Shown: positions 40,134 to 53,202 of the stretch, in pieces
How positions within the stretch are numbered: position 1 is the stretch's first letter
How the letters are laid out: each line of letters begins with the position of its first letter
Assembly (NCBI RefSeq): GCF_006345805.1
Contig: NC_043020.1
Coordinates: forward strand, 4,774,001-4,838,000
Reading direction: 5' to 3'
Source: Octopus sinensis
Taxonomy: Eukaryota
DNA length: 64,000 nucleotides
Made by a program: the position numbers and the translations under genes
Notes under the pieces: generated by a model
What the model was told of the DNA's origin: nothing
Databases searched by the model: none
The model's input: the letters and a program-made list of their open reading frames with translations, nothing else

Positions 40134-40916
40134 TAAGATGGTTATATAATGTCCAATTTATTATTTGGTTACGACAAGGAAAACAACCCGAAAGTATAAT
40201 GGTGGTAGCTTCTAATAGCAACCTACAGCACTACGCCGACTTCCCTCCAAGGAATATTAGGCGGAGAGGATAGACGTATGGATGGAGGGATTTAAGAACT
40301 GACTATCCTGTGTTCTGGTGGTTTCCTTTTATAAGAAATAATATTTTGATAAAAAAAAAAATGAAAATATTTTAGTTTCTAAAATTGTCATTTCCTCAGA
40401 GAAGAAAAACAAAATGGAGAATGCAATTGGAACAAAAACCGTCTCCATCTTTGTTTGAATCCTATCTTAATACGCTAATCCCTTCTTTCATAAATATTTC
40501 GTTACTTTTCCTTTTCACTTAGTTATCTTAAGCGAACGACGTTGACTTGTTGAAATTTTCTCAGTTTTACCCTAGGAACGCAGACTCTCTCTCACACTTA
40601 GTTTCCCTCTCTCTTTCTCTCTTCTCTTCTTCCTTTCTTTCCTTCCTTCTCTCTTCCTCTTTTTTCTTTCTCTCTCTCGCTCCCTCATTCTCTTTGTTGC
40701 TATGAAACATTAGCTTGCAAATATGTAATATGAAACGACGACAAATAAATCAATTTTATTGACTTAACAATGAATTTGCAAATACCACCGAGATATTAAG
40801 TAAAACTCTTGAACTTTTACAATTTTCCCGTCATCAAATTCATAGATATTTCCCTGTTAAGGTTACAAGTACACATACGCACGCATATCTACATATATTA
40901 TACATAAAGTGCGTAT

Positions 40917-41476
40917 TACAGTTCCATATTTAAGAGATGAGGAATTATGTACATTATTTACATTTGACGGACATTTGACGGGCATATGGCGTAGTGGTTA
41001 AGAGCGCGGACTACTAACCACAAGATTCCGAGTTCGATTCCAGGCAGTGAACTGAATAATAATAATAATGATAATAACATCGAAAATACCTATTTCTTTA
41101 CTACCCACAAAGGGCTAAACACAGAGAGGACAAACAAGGACAGACAAACAAATTAAGCCGATTATATCGACCCCAGTGCGTAAATGGTACTTATTTAATC
41201 GACCCCGAAAGGATGAAAGGCAAAGTCTACCTCGGCGGAATTTGAACTCATAACGTAAAGACAGACGAAATACTGCTAAGCATTTCGCCCGGCGTGCTAA
41301 CGTTTCTGCCAGCTCGCCGCCTTTAACATCACAAATACCTTAGGATTGAGTACTCAGGTTCGAAATTTTCCCAAGACACCTGATGGGGGCTGAAGGGTAT
41401 ATCAACCGAAACGTTATGTTAACAACAAACAAGATGAGGACAAATATCCGTCAAATGTAAATAATGTAAATAATGT
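40917..41476 (+). mobile_element. tRNA-headed, hammerhead-bearing retroelement with an inverted 3'-end copy at its 5' side
   Basis: A box TGGCGTAGTGG 40987-40997; B box GAGTTCGATTCC 41030-41041; decayed hammerhead 41375-41420; 40949-40978 is the reverse complement of the 3' end; flanking duplication TA(C/T)ATAAAGTGCGTAT. Confidence 0.85.
41091..41322 (-). mobile_element. SINE-B (tail T) inserted into the hammerhead element
   Basis: Imperfect TSD TAACATCGAAAATACC 41075-41090 / TAACATCACAAATACC 41324-41339. Confidence 0.92.
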
Positions 41477-41854
41477 ATATAAAGTGCGTATATATGATTC
41501 TACATATGCGTTTGAGAAGGCCTGATTGTTTCATAGCAGCAAGACCATATCCTTTCCTTCCCCTTGGCTTCAGGATATACCGTTGTACGTAATTCTCTAT
41601 GCATAACATGTTTAGCACACTTCAACATTTGATGGGGAAGTTAATGTAATATGAGAACCCCCTTCGTATCTATCTACTTATTCTATCGTTCTCTTTTTGC
41701 CGAATTGCTGACGTAAACATAACAGCACCGGTTCTCAAACGCTACTGAGGAGACAAACACAAACACCAACACTCAGACACATTAATACACACACACACAT
41801 ACAACACACGCACACGCATATATATATATATATATATATATATCTATATATCTA

Positions 41855-41890
<36 letters not shown>

Positions 41891-42406
41891 CATACATACA
41901 TACATACATACATACATACATACATACATACATACATACATACATAGACACTCATATTAGCTGCTTCAGTCGCTAATAGCTAATATGCACATATGTGTGT
42001 GTGTGTATGTGTGCGCGCGTGTGTGTGTGCGCGCGCACTGTGGGCTTCCATACGCTTTCCGTCTACTACATTCGAAGCTATAGCAGAAAACACCAACTCT
42101 AAATGGCGCCAAGCAGGGCTGAACCCGAAACCGCGTGCTTGCAAAGCGAGCTTCTTAACGACATAGGCATGACCGCATCTTTACGATTGCAGCGCCTAAA
42201 GGCGGCCATGTTCCAAAATACAATTTCTCACGTTGTTTTCTGTTTGAAAGTTGCACAGAAACTTATTCAATTTTACTTCACATGCAGTAACACTATAAGA
42301 GGGGTTTAATGAAGCGAAAACTTCCAGCGTAGGCTTTTGGTAATTTCGTATTATCGACCTAAAATAATTTCGCATCAAGTACACTCTTGATTCATCCATA
42401 CACATG

Positions 42407-42504
42407 CAAACAACAACAACAACAACAAGAATAACAACAACAACGACAAAACCACCACCAATAATAATAATAACAATAATAATAATAATAATAATAATAA
42501 CAAC

Positions 42505-42546
<42 letters not shown>

Positions 42547-42556
42547 GATAATAATA

Positions 42557-42599
<43 letters not shown>

Positions 42600-42646
42600 T
42601 AATAATAATAGTAATAGTAATAATAGTAATAATAATAATAATAGTA

Positions 42647-42688
<42 letters not shown>

Positions 42689-42726
42689 TAATAATAATAA
42701 TAATAGTAATAATATTAATAATTATG

Positions 42727-42771
<45 letters not shown>

Positions 42772-42800
42772 GTAATAATGAGAATAATAGTAGTAATAAT
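42407..42800. repeat. Long (AAC)/(AAT)/(AGT) triplet microsatellite
   Basis: Direct inspection. Confidence 0.97.
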
Positions 42801-43916
42801 ATGTGAGTGATCTAAGCGTATCAGAACTTAGAATACTATTTCTCCTTGTCCTTCACTTACATAAAACTCAACACCTAGATGAAATTAGGAAACCACACAA
42901 AATCTCTTATTTTCTCCTATACATAAAATACAACTTGTACATACTACATCGAAATTCGTTGATTTATCAGCTTTTCCAAGCACAAATATTAATTACTTGT
43001 AGCTTCCGGCCAGAAAGTTATATTCAGAAGCACAGTTATTGTACTCCGTAACAATGCAAACAGTTCTTTCCTTTGGATGTGCTTATCAAATTAATGCCAT
43101 TACACTTCGCTGATTTTCCTAACACGTCGTTTCACTGTTACGATTTACCTGGAAACATATATTGTATCTAGAAGGCAAATATTTCGAGTATATTTCAGCG
43201 TGCCTCTGTTTCCACCCGGCAACAAACTGACAACATGAAATATATAATTAGTTTATTTCCAGCATCTAAACATAACGCGTTTACACTTAACAGTAACACT
43301 GGCCACTGGACATGCTAGAAATAGAAACGAAAGAAAATCCCCATGCAGTTATTGAACGTGCTAGAAATAGTAACCAAAGCAAACCTCTACGTGTCAGCAA
43401 ATTGACAAAATGATTTTATGATTAAGTTGTACATTTCCTGCATCACGTGCAAGCGTGGCTGTGTGGTTATGAGATTTGCTCTCCAGCCACTTGGTCTGCG
43501 GTTCAGTCCCACAGCGTGGTTCCTTGGGTAAGTATTTTTCTACTATACCTCTGTGTCCATCTAATACGTATGCGTGAATTTAGCTGACGTAAACTGATAG
43601 TGGCGCGTCGTATGTATGTATGTATGTATGCATGTATGTATTGATGTATGTATGCATGTATGTATGTACGTAAGGATGTATGTATGTACGCATGTGTGTG
43701 TGTGTGTGTATGTGTATGTGAATGTAACTTTATCTCTGTGTTTCTCCCGTCACTGCCCGATAGAATCAATGACATTGGATCCATTGGGTTGACTAAAATG
43801 TGTGTGTGTGTATATATATATATATACATACATACATACACACACACACATATATGTATATGTATATATATATATACACATACATACACACACACACATA
43901 TATATATGTATATATG

Positions 43917-43951
<35 letters not shown>

Positions 43952-44244
43952 AATATCTATATATACTAGCAGTATCGCCCGGCGTTGCTCGGGTTTGTAA
44001 GGGAAATAACTATATAAGCATTTTTAGAGAGTTATAGCCAAAAAATAGCAAAAAATGCATTAAAAGTTGAAAAAAAATTAAGGTAATTTTTCTTTAAATC
44101 GTTGACCACATCGTAGATATTTTTAGAGAGTTACTTCCCTTATATAAAAGCGAAAAAAATGCATTAAAATGGAAAAATATGATCGTAATTTTTTTTTAAA
44201 TCGTAGACTCATCGTAGACGCGCGCTAATACCCTGAAGGGCTCG

Positions 44245-47200
44245 TTTGTTATTCTGGGTAACTTTCTGTAAAATTATTAAAATTTTGTTCAAACATCGCT
44301 ATAGAAAATGGGTTATTAGCTAATATTCAATTGGGTATACAACAAAATTTTACGATAGAATTTGTTATTCTGGGTAACATTCTGTAAAATTATTAAAATT
44401 TTGTTCAAACATCGCTATAGAAAATGGGTTATTAGCTAATATTCAATTGGGTATACAACAAAATTTTACGATAGAATTTGTTATTCTGGGTAACTTTCTG
44501 TAAAATTATTAAAATTTTGTTCAAATCGCTATAGAAAATGGGTTATTAGCTAATATTCAATTGGGTATACAACAAAATTTTACGATAGAATTTGTTATTC
44601 TGGTAACATTCTGTAAAATTATTAAAATTTTGTTCAAACATCGCTATAGAAAATGGGTTATTAGCTAATATTCAATTGGGTATACAACAAATTTTACGAT
44701 AGAATTTGTTATTCTGGGTAACTTTCTGTAAAATTATTAAATTTTGTTCAACCATCGCTATAGAAAATGGGTTATTAGCTAATATTCAATTGGGTATACA
44801 ACAAAATTTTACGATAGAATTTGTTATTCTGGGTAACTTTCTGTAAAATTATTAAAATTTTGTTCAAACATCGCTATAGAAAATGGGTTATTAGCTAATA
44901 TTCAATTGGGTATCCAACAAAATTTTACGATAGAATTTGTTATTCTGGGTAACATTCTGTAAAATTATTAAAATTTTGTTCAAACATCGCTATAGAAAAT
45001 GGGTTATTAGCTAATATTCAATTGGGTATACAACAAAATTTTACGATAGAATTTGTTATTCTGGGTAACTTTCTGTAAAATTATAAAATTTTGTTCAAAC
45101 ATCGCTATAGAAAATGGGTTATTAGCTAATATTCAATTGGGTATACACAAAATTTAACGATAGAATTTGTTATTCTGGGTAACATTCTGTAAAATTATTA
45201 AAATTTTGTTCAAACATCGCTATAGAAAATGGGTTATTAGCTATATTCAATTGGGTATACAACAAAATTTTACGATAGAATTTGTTATTCTGGGTAACTT
45301 TGTAAAATTATTAAAATTTTGTTCAAACATCGCTATAGAAAATGGGTTATTAGCTAATATTCAATTGGGTATACACAAAATTTTACGATAGAATTTGTTA
45401 TTCTGGGTAACTTTCTGTAAAATTATTAAATTTTGTTCAAACATCGCTATAGAAAATGGGTTATTAGCTAATATTCAATTGGGTATACAACAAAATTTTA
45501 CGATAGAATTTGTTATTCTGGTATAATTCTGTAAAATTATTAAAATTTTGTTCAAACATCGCTATAGAAAATGGGTTATTAGCTAATATTCAATTGGGTA
45601 TACAACAAAATTTTACGATAGAATTTGTTATTCTGGTAACATTCTGTAAAATTATTAAAATTTTGTTCAAACATCGCTATAGAAAATGGGTTATTAGCTA
45701 ATATTCAATTGGGTATACAACAAAATTTTACGATAGAATTTGTTATTCTGGGTAACATTCTGTAAATTATTAAAATTTTGTTCAAACAATCGCTATAGAA
45801 AATGGGTTATTAGCTAATATTCAATTGGGTATACAACAAAATTTTACGATAGAATTTGTTATTCTGGGTAACTTCTGTAAAATTATTAAAATTTGGTTCA
45901 AACATCGCTATAGAAAATGGGTTATTAGCTAATATTCAATTGGGTATACAACAAAATTTTACGATAGAATTTGTTATTCTGGTAACATTCTGTAAAATTA
46001 TTAAAATTTTGTTCAACACATCGCTATAGAAAATGGGTTATTAGCTAATATTCAATTGGGTATACAACAAAATTTTACGATAGAATTTGTTATTCTGGGT
46101 AACTTTCTGTAAAATTATTAAAATTTTGTTCAACATCGCTATAGAAAATGGGTTATTAGCTAATATTCAATTGGGTATACAACAAAATTTTACGATAGAA
46201 TTTGTTATTCTGGGTAACTTTCTGTAAAATTATTAAAATTTTGTTCAAACATCGCTATAGAAAATGGGTTATTAGCTAATATTCAATTGGGTATACAACA
46301 AAATTTTACGATAGAATTTGTTATTCTGGGTAACATTCTGTAAAATTATTAAAATTTGTTCAAACATCGCTATAGAAAATGGGTTATTAGCTAATATTCA
46401 ATTGGGTATACAACAAAATTTTACGATAGAATTTGTTATTCTGGGTAACTTTCTGTAAAATTATTAAAATTTTGTTCAAACATCGCTATAGAAAATGGGT
46501 TATTAGCTAATATTCAATTGGATACAACAAATTTTACGATAGAATTTGTTATTCTGGGTAACATTCTGTAAAATTATTAAAATTTTGTTCAACAAACATC
46601 GCTATAGAAAATGGTTATTAGCTAATATTCAATTGGGTATACAACAAATTTTACGATAGAATTTGTTATTCTGGGTAACTTTCTGTAAAATTATTAAAAT
46701 TTTGTTCAAACATCGCTATAGAAAATGGGTTATTAGCTAATATTCAATTGGGTATACAACAAAATTTTACGATAGAATTTGTTATTCTGGGTAACATTCT
46801 GTAAATTATTAAAATTTTGTTCAACATCGCTATAGAAAATGGGTTATTAGCTAATATTCAATTGGGTATACAACAAAATTTTACGATAGAATTTGTTATT
46901 CTGGGTAACTTTCTGTAAAATTATTAAAATTTTGTTCAAACATCGCTATAGAAAATGGGTTATTAGCTAATATTCAATTGGGTATACAACAAATTTTACG
47001 ATAGAATTGTTATTCTGGGTAACTTTCTGTAAAATTATTAAAATTTTGTTCAAACATCGCTATAGAAAATGGGTTATTAGCTAATATTCAATTGGGTATA
47101 CAACAAAATTTACGATAGAATTTGTTATTCTGGGTAACATTCTGTAAAATTATTAAAATTTTGTTCAAACATCGCTATAGAAAATGGGTTATTAGCTAAT

Positions 47201-48531
47201 ATTCAATTGGGTATACAACAAAATTTTACGATAGAATTTGTTATTCTGGGTAACTTTCTGTAAAATTATTAAAATTTTGTTCAAACATCGCTATAGAAAA
47301 TGGGTTATTAGCTAATATTCAATTGGGTATACAACAAAATTTTACGATAGAATTTGTTATTCTGGGTAACATTCTGTAAAATTATTAAAATTTTGTTCAA
47401 ACATCGCTATAGAAAATGGGTTATTAGCTAATATTCAATTGGGTATACAACAAAATTTTACGATAGAATTTGTTATTCTGGGTAACATTCTGTAAAATTA
47501 TTAAAATTTTGTTCAAACACATCGCTATAGAAAATGGGTTATTAGCTAATATTCAATTGGGTATACAACAAAATTTTACGATAGAATTTGTTTTCTGGTA
47601 ACATTCTGTAAATTATTAAAATTTTTTCAAACAATCGCTATAGAAAATGGGTTATTAGCTAATATTCAATTGGGTATACAACAAAATTTTACGATAGAAT
47701 TTGTTATTCTGGGTAACATTCTGTAAAATTATTAAAATTTTGTTCAAACATCGCTATAGAAAATGGGTTATTAGCTAATATTCAATTGGGTATACAACAA
47801 AATTTTACGATAGAATTTGTTATTCTGGGTAACATTCTGTAAATTATTAAAATTTTGTTCAAACATCGCTATAGAAAATGGTTATTAGCTAATATTCAAT
47901 TGGGTATACAACAAAATTTTACGATAGAATTTTTATTCTGGGTAACATTCTGTAAAATTATTAAAATTTTGTTCAAAACATCGCTATAGAAAATGGGTTA
48001 TTAGCTAATATTCAATTGGTATACAACAAAATTTTACGATAGAATTTGTTATTCTGGGTAACTTTCTGTAAAATTATTAAAATTTTTTTTCAAACTCGCT
48101 ATAGAAAATGGGTTATTAGCTAATATTCAATTGGGTATACAACAAAATTTTACGATAGAATTTGTTATTCTGGGTAACATTCTGTAAAATTATTAAAATT
48201 TTGTTCAAACATCGCTATAGAAAATGGGTTATTAGCTAATATTCAATTGGGTATACAACAAAATTTTACGATAGAATTTGTTATTCTGGGTAACATTCTG
48301 TAAAATTATTAAAATTTTGTTCAAACATCGCTATAGAAAATGGGTTATTAGCTAATATTCAATTGGGTATACAACAAAATTTTACGATAGAATTTGTTAT
48401 TCTGGGTAACATTCTGTAAAATTATTAAAATTTTGTTCAAAACATCGCTATAGAAAATGGGTTATTAGCTAATATTCAATTGGGTATACACAAAATTTTA
48501 CGATAGAATTTGTTATTCTGGGTAACTTTCT
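44245..48531. repeat. 116-bp tandem satellite, about 37 near-identical copies
   Basis: TTTGTTATTCTGGG recurs at 44245, 44361, 44477 and onward; AACTTTCTG/AACATTCTG variants. Confidence 0.98.
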
Positions 48532-48770
48532 GATACCCATAATAATATTTATGGTAAAATAGGCCTTAATTTCATTTAAGGTTGTGGGAAATAACAACAC
48601 TATCGTTTCTTTCTTCGTTTTGTTTACGTTTAGCGTAACAGTTCGTTTCTGCCGTAATGATTTCAAATGGGCTCATTCGAAAAAGTAAATAGAAATAGTG
48701 TAAGGCTTTACTCTTCTGGGAAAGTCTGTGGCTTGGTGCAGTTCTCTTCAGAAAAATCACCGAAAGAAAC
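48508..48770 (-). mobile_element. piggyBac transposase fragment
   Basis: ALHYFYLLF...FEIITAETNCYAK and TTLNEIKAYFTINIIMGIRKLPRITN, frameshifted. Confidence 0.8.
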
Positions 48771-49152
48771 AGTTTTTAAATTTTCACTCCATTCAGGTGC
48801 CAATTCGTTTTCTTTATCGCTGTCGGATTCACTGTTTTCACTTTAATAGCTGCCAACTTGCAAAGACAAAGGAGGAGAAGGGTGATAGCGTCGTGAAACA
48901 ATTCGCTCCCTTCGTGTGTGTGTGCGTTTGCGTGTGGTGTAAACCAGACTAAAAAAGCGTTTGACACACACACCAGAATGTGAGTTTTCTGTAAATTTTG
49001 CTTAATTGGAGTTAAATTTTAAAAACTGGACCTGGCATGACGCGATGCATTGTACTCTTAAAATTGCTAGGTAAATTGTAATTGAAGAAATCCTATATTG
49101 TAGATTTCTATAACTCCCAAAGGGAGGCAGATAAAATCTGCCTTTTATAATA

Positions 49153-49220
<68 letters not shown>

Positions 49221-49627
49221 TCAAAGCGGTGCTACAGCATGGCCAGAGTCCAATGACCGAAACAAATATAAGACAAAAGATAAAAGATTCATGGATAATG
49301 AATTTTATGGCAGCAAGTTCCATAATTAAATGAAAATAATTAAAAGAGGGAGAAAATTAAAATGAAGGACTAATGATGTTTAATTCTCTGAGGAACAAGG
49401 GCGGTCCTAATATAATAAAAGGTCTGGGTTAATACAGCCCCACTAAAAATAAATTTAGGAAATATGGAAATTATAACATATTGTGTTTTACTTGTTTCAG
49501 CCATTGAATGTGACGGGGAAGTAAACAAAACAGCACCGTTTGTCAATCAGTGGGGGACAAATCATTCCCCGAACGTCATCGATGGTAAGACAAAATATAT
49601 GTTGTCGGATTAACGATTATAGAAATA

Positions 49628-49865
49628 AGGCGCGTAGCCTAGTGATTGTGTTGTTGCGCTCTCGATAGCTAGTTCGGGGGTTCGTTTCCTAGACCGGGAG
49701 GCGTGTTGTGTTTGTCAGTTTTGAAAAACACTTCATTTCGTGTTGCTCCAGTTCCCCTTTCGATGAAAGGGGAGGGTTTGCCTGCTCGCCTAGCCTGCGG
49801 GATGGCGACATTGGATGGCTAAAATACTGCAAAGCGCACTGTGACCAGCGATGTATCACCATTGT
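49628..49865 (+). mobile_element. Diverged SINE-E-like head plus tail 2
   Basis: ACACTTCATTTC.TGTTGCTCCAG followed by GCCTGCTCGCCTAGCC...GTGACCAGCGATGT. Confidence 0.7.
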
Positions 49866-50087
49866 TTGCAAAGAGGTGTTAAATCCTTTTCTAGCGACGA
49901 GTAAGGTTTTGTTAAGACTTTTGTTGGTTTTTTACCATCGAGGAAAAAGTGTTTTGTTGATATACGGGCAACACACACACACATACACACACAAACACAC
50001 TCGAACATGTATGCGTACAAAAAACATGTATGCAATAGGTGTACGTACGTATGTGTGTATATGTCTGTATGTTTGTGTGTTTGTTGC

Positions 50088-50114
<27 letters not shown>

Positions 50115-50122
<8 letters not shown>

Positions 50123-50241
50123 AATTTCAACGGATTTCGCCCAAACTTGACGTCGATGTTGCTTAGTTTGTTTGAAATAAAGAACTTGATTAGCTTAATA
50201 ATCCTAACTTAATCCGGGGCAAAACCGGGTTATACTGCTAG
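50115..50241 (+). mobile_element. Helitron 3'-end relic
   Basis: CCGGGGCAAAACCGG hairpin followed by TATACTGCTAG|T. Confidence 0.6.
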
Positions 50242-50941
50242 TAATATATTAAGTACATTATAATATAAGTGACTATAGCAATGAAAAACCCCAAAGGTAA
50301 TATGCATAAATGAGGGTGTAAAGTAGCACCTGTAATTGCTAGAAATAGAAGCTAAAAAATATAACTCGAATAGCCACACGAAATCATCAATGTTAGACGA
50401 CCTTCAACACAGTTTTCGTCTACTGAATGCTTTGGTCACTCGGGTGGGGTTTTGTCATAATAGAAGACAAAAGCACGGGAAGCTGCCGTGCAGCAGGACT
50501 GAACCGAAGAACATGTGGTTACAAAGAGAGCTTCTTAACCGCACAGTCATTCCTACTGAATAAGTTCCATTACACTCATTCGACTTTAGTAAACTTAATA
50601 TGATTCAAATTATATTGAATCACTTCCAATCTTGGTAAATTTTTTTTTCGTTTTATACGTAAGAATTATTCCATCCCATTCAATGGATTTCTTCATACAT
50701 CTTTTTTCCTTTGTACACTAAACTTAGTACAAGATTTATGGTGTATTCTAAGCAAATTTATAACTTATTTTGCTATATTTTAATATTCTAATCCATTCTG
50801 TGCAAGATCTTCGTCTTTCATTTCCTTCAAACGATCAACTTTCAATCTACTGCATTCAGTTTCACGAAAATTTCTTTAAAACTGCTATCCTACGTGTGTG
50901 TATATACATGTGCATATGGGTGTGATGTGTGTGTAGGATAT

Positions 50942-50980
<39 letters not shown>

Positions 50981-51117
50981 TATGCATTAATATATGTATG
51001 CATACATATAAATATATGTATCTACCTACCAATCCGTCAATCCTCCCTCTCTTCTTTCTCTCTCTCTATCACTCTCTTCTCTCTCTATCTATCTATCTAT
51101 CTATCTATCTATATATC

Positions 51118-51187
<70 letters not shown>

Positions 51188-51349
51188 GTATATACTCAAT
51201 AATATATATGCATGCATACTTATAGATATATGTATCAACCTACCAGATGTCTTTCTCTCTCTCTCACTCCCTCTTTCTATATATATATGTACGTGTATGT
51301 ATGTATATATACATATGTATATATAATATATATATATATATATAATATA

Positions 51350-51391
<42 letters not shown>

Positions 51392-51898
51392 GGAGAAAGA
51401 GATAGATGTATGTATGTATGCATATACGTATATTGTATTTGATTCCATTATATTAATCTTTACCTCTACATTTGCCAATAATAACTAGTAGTTTACACGC
51501 ATATATACACAATCCGCTTTATACAGGTTTGGTATTGAGAACGATTCTTCAAAGGATGCATGGTTTACTTTCACTTCCGTATATAAAAACATAACGAACT
51601 CCGTTGCTTCCTCCCAACAAAGATTTTAAGGTGAAAACCTTTCAATAACATGGATATTTATCCTATCTCTTAACGCAACTGCGCATGAGTATGTATGCAT
51701 GCATGCATGTATATATGTATGTATATACGTATGTATGTATGTATGTATGTATGTATGTATGTATGTATGTATGTATGTATGTATGTATGTATGCATGTAT
51801 GTATGTATGTATGTATGTATTATGTATATATGTATGTATGTGAGTGTATGTATGTATATATGAATCTATTATGTATGTATTATATATATATATGTGTG

Positions 51899-52121
51899 TG
51901 GAGGCGCGTGGCTTGGTGGTTAGGGTGTCAGCATCATGATCGTAAGATTGTGGTTTCGATTCCTGGACCGGACGACGCGTTGTGTTCTTGAGCAAAACAC
52001 TTCATTTCACGGTGCTCCAGTCCACTCAGCTGGCCAAAATGAGTAACGCTGAGATATACTGGCGTCCCGTCCAGCTGGGGAACAAATACGCCATTGAAAC
52101 CGGGAAACCGGGCCCATGAGC
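51899..52121 (+). mobile_element. SINE-E head plus tail 3
   Basis: Matches 26972-27214. Confidence 0.9.
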
Positions 52122-52172
52122 ACCACCCATTCGTTATAGATAACGAAAGAAGGCCACACAACAGATTTATTG

Positions 52173-52314
52173 TATGGATCAAAACAGCTTGACTCAAATT
52201 CGTTGGTACTCTTGACGCTAGTCGTTTAAATTCAAATTCAAAATGGCTGACGACTAGCATCACGCGTGAAACTTAAGAGTACCAACGAACAAGAATCAAA
52301 TTGTTTTGATCCAT
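52173..52314. mobile_element. Small foldback MITE (about 41-bp TIRs, TA ends)
   Basis: TATGGATCAAAACA...TTCGTTGGTACTCTT / AAGAGTACCAACGAA...TGTTTTGATCCATA. Confidence 0.85.
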
Positions 52315-53150
52315 ATATATATATATTATATATATGTGTGTGTGTGAGTTTGTGTATGTATGTATATAATAACGAAGACCGCTATAAGCAATATAAATAG
52401 ATCGATGTACCTCCTCCGGCGAAATTACTTACTCCTCCCCCGAAATTATTAGCCCCCAGCTCCTCCAGAATTGCTGGCCTCGTGCCAAAATTGGAAAACT
52501 TATATTTCTCCCTTCAAACTTTCAATACCAATCAGTATATGTAGCATCCGAATGCATATACAGAATTTACAATCGTAGCCAAAAGACTGGAACATAGGCC
52601 GGAATATTAGAATTTTTATATTAAATGCTCAAAGTTATATATAATTGTTAATATAATATAACTTGGCGAAAAGCTTAGAACATAGGTCTGAAAATTAGAT
52701 TTTTTATATTAAATGCCCAGTTCTATGCGGTGCGTATATGTGAATCGAATTATTCTTGGGCATAACAATTTTAATTTTGTAAAAAGATGTTGCAAACTTT
52801 TGGCCGCGACTGTATGCTCAATATTTTTTCTATATAACACTGCGTTCCAATTTAATAACACTACAGTTCCAGATATTGTATAGCTTTCAGTAAAAATATG
52901 TATTGAATACATGTAGACTGTATTGATTTTAAACATCGTGTATAATACAAAGTTTGCATTATTTATTTATTGAAATTTGTTTTTGTTCCTGTGCTTTTCC
53001 ATAATTCGCATAAATTATAATGATTTTGGGGTATGGCGTCTAAGTGGTACTCTTTCACACTTTACCTAAAATATTGAAGACAACGCTGTTTCATATATAT
53101 ATATATATTTATATAGATGTGTGTGCGTAAATTAATTTATTATATAGAAG

Positions 53151-53202
53151 AGCTTCTACAGGACTAGAACTGTTTCATCATTCAAGAAATCATCAGGAAG
53201 CT
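53151..53202 (-). ncRNA. Type I hammerhead motif with complete stem III and weak stem II
   Basis: AGCTTC-CTGATGA-tttcttgaatgat-GAA-ACAG ttctagtc CTGT-A-GAAGCT. Confidence 0.65.

Larger units (their letters stand above)
43966..49155 (-). mobile_element. Non-autonomous Helitron carrying a piggyBac fragment and a satellite array
   Basis: Minus strand starts A|TC (49155) and ends with hairpin CCCGAGCAACGCCGGG plus CGATACTGCTAG|T (43966); no TSD. Confidence 0.8.

Noticed and set aside
40979-41052. Functional tRNA gene (also the heads at 33048, 58072, 59551)
   Set aside because: A and B boxes present, but no convincing acceptor stem, and each continues into a repeated SINE body
44245-48531. CRISPR-like array or coding repeat (ORFs at 45167 and 45510)
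   Set aside because: No unique spacers, unit length not a multiple of 3, eukaryotic context; the ORFs arise from indels
52588-52730. Two-copy tandem duplication of about 89 bp
   Set aside because: Short diverged local duplication with no further structure
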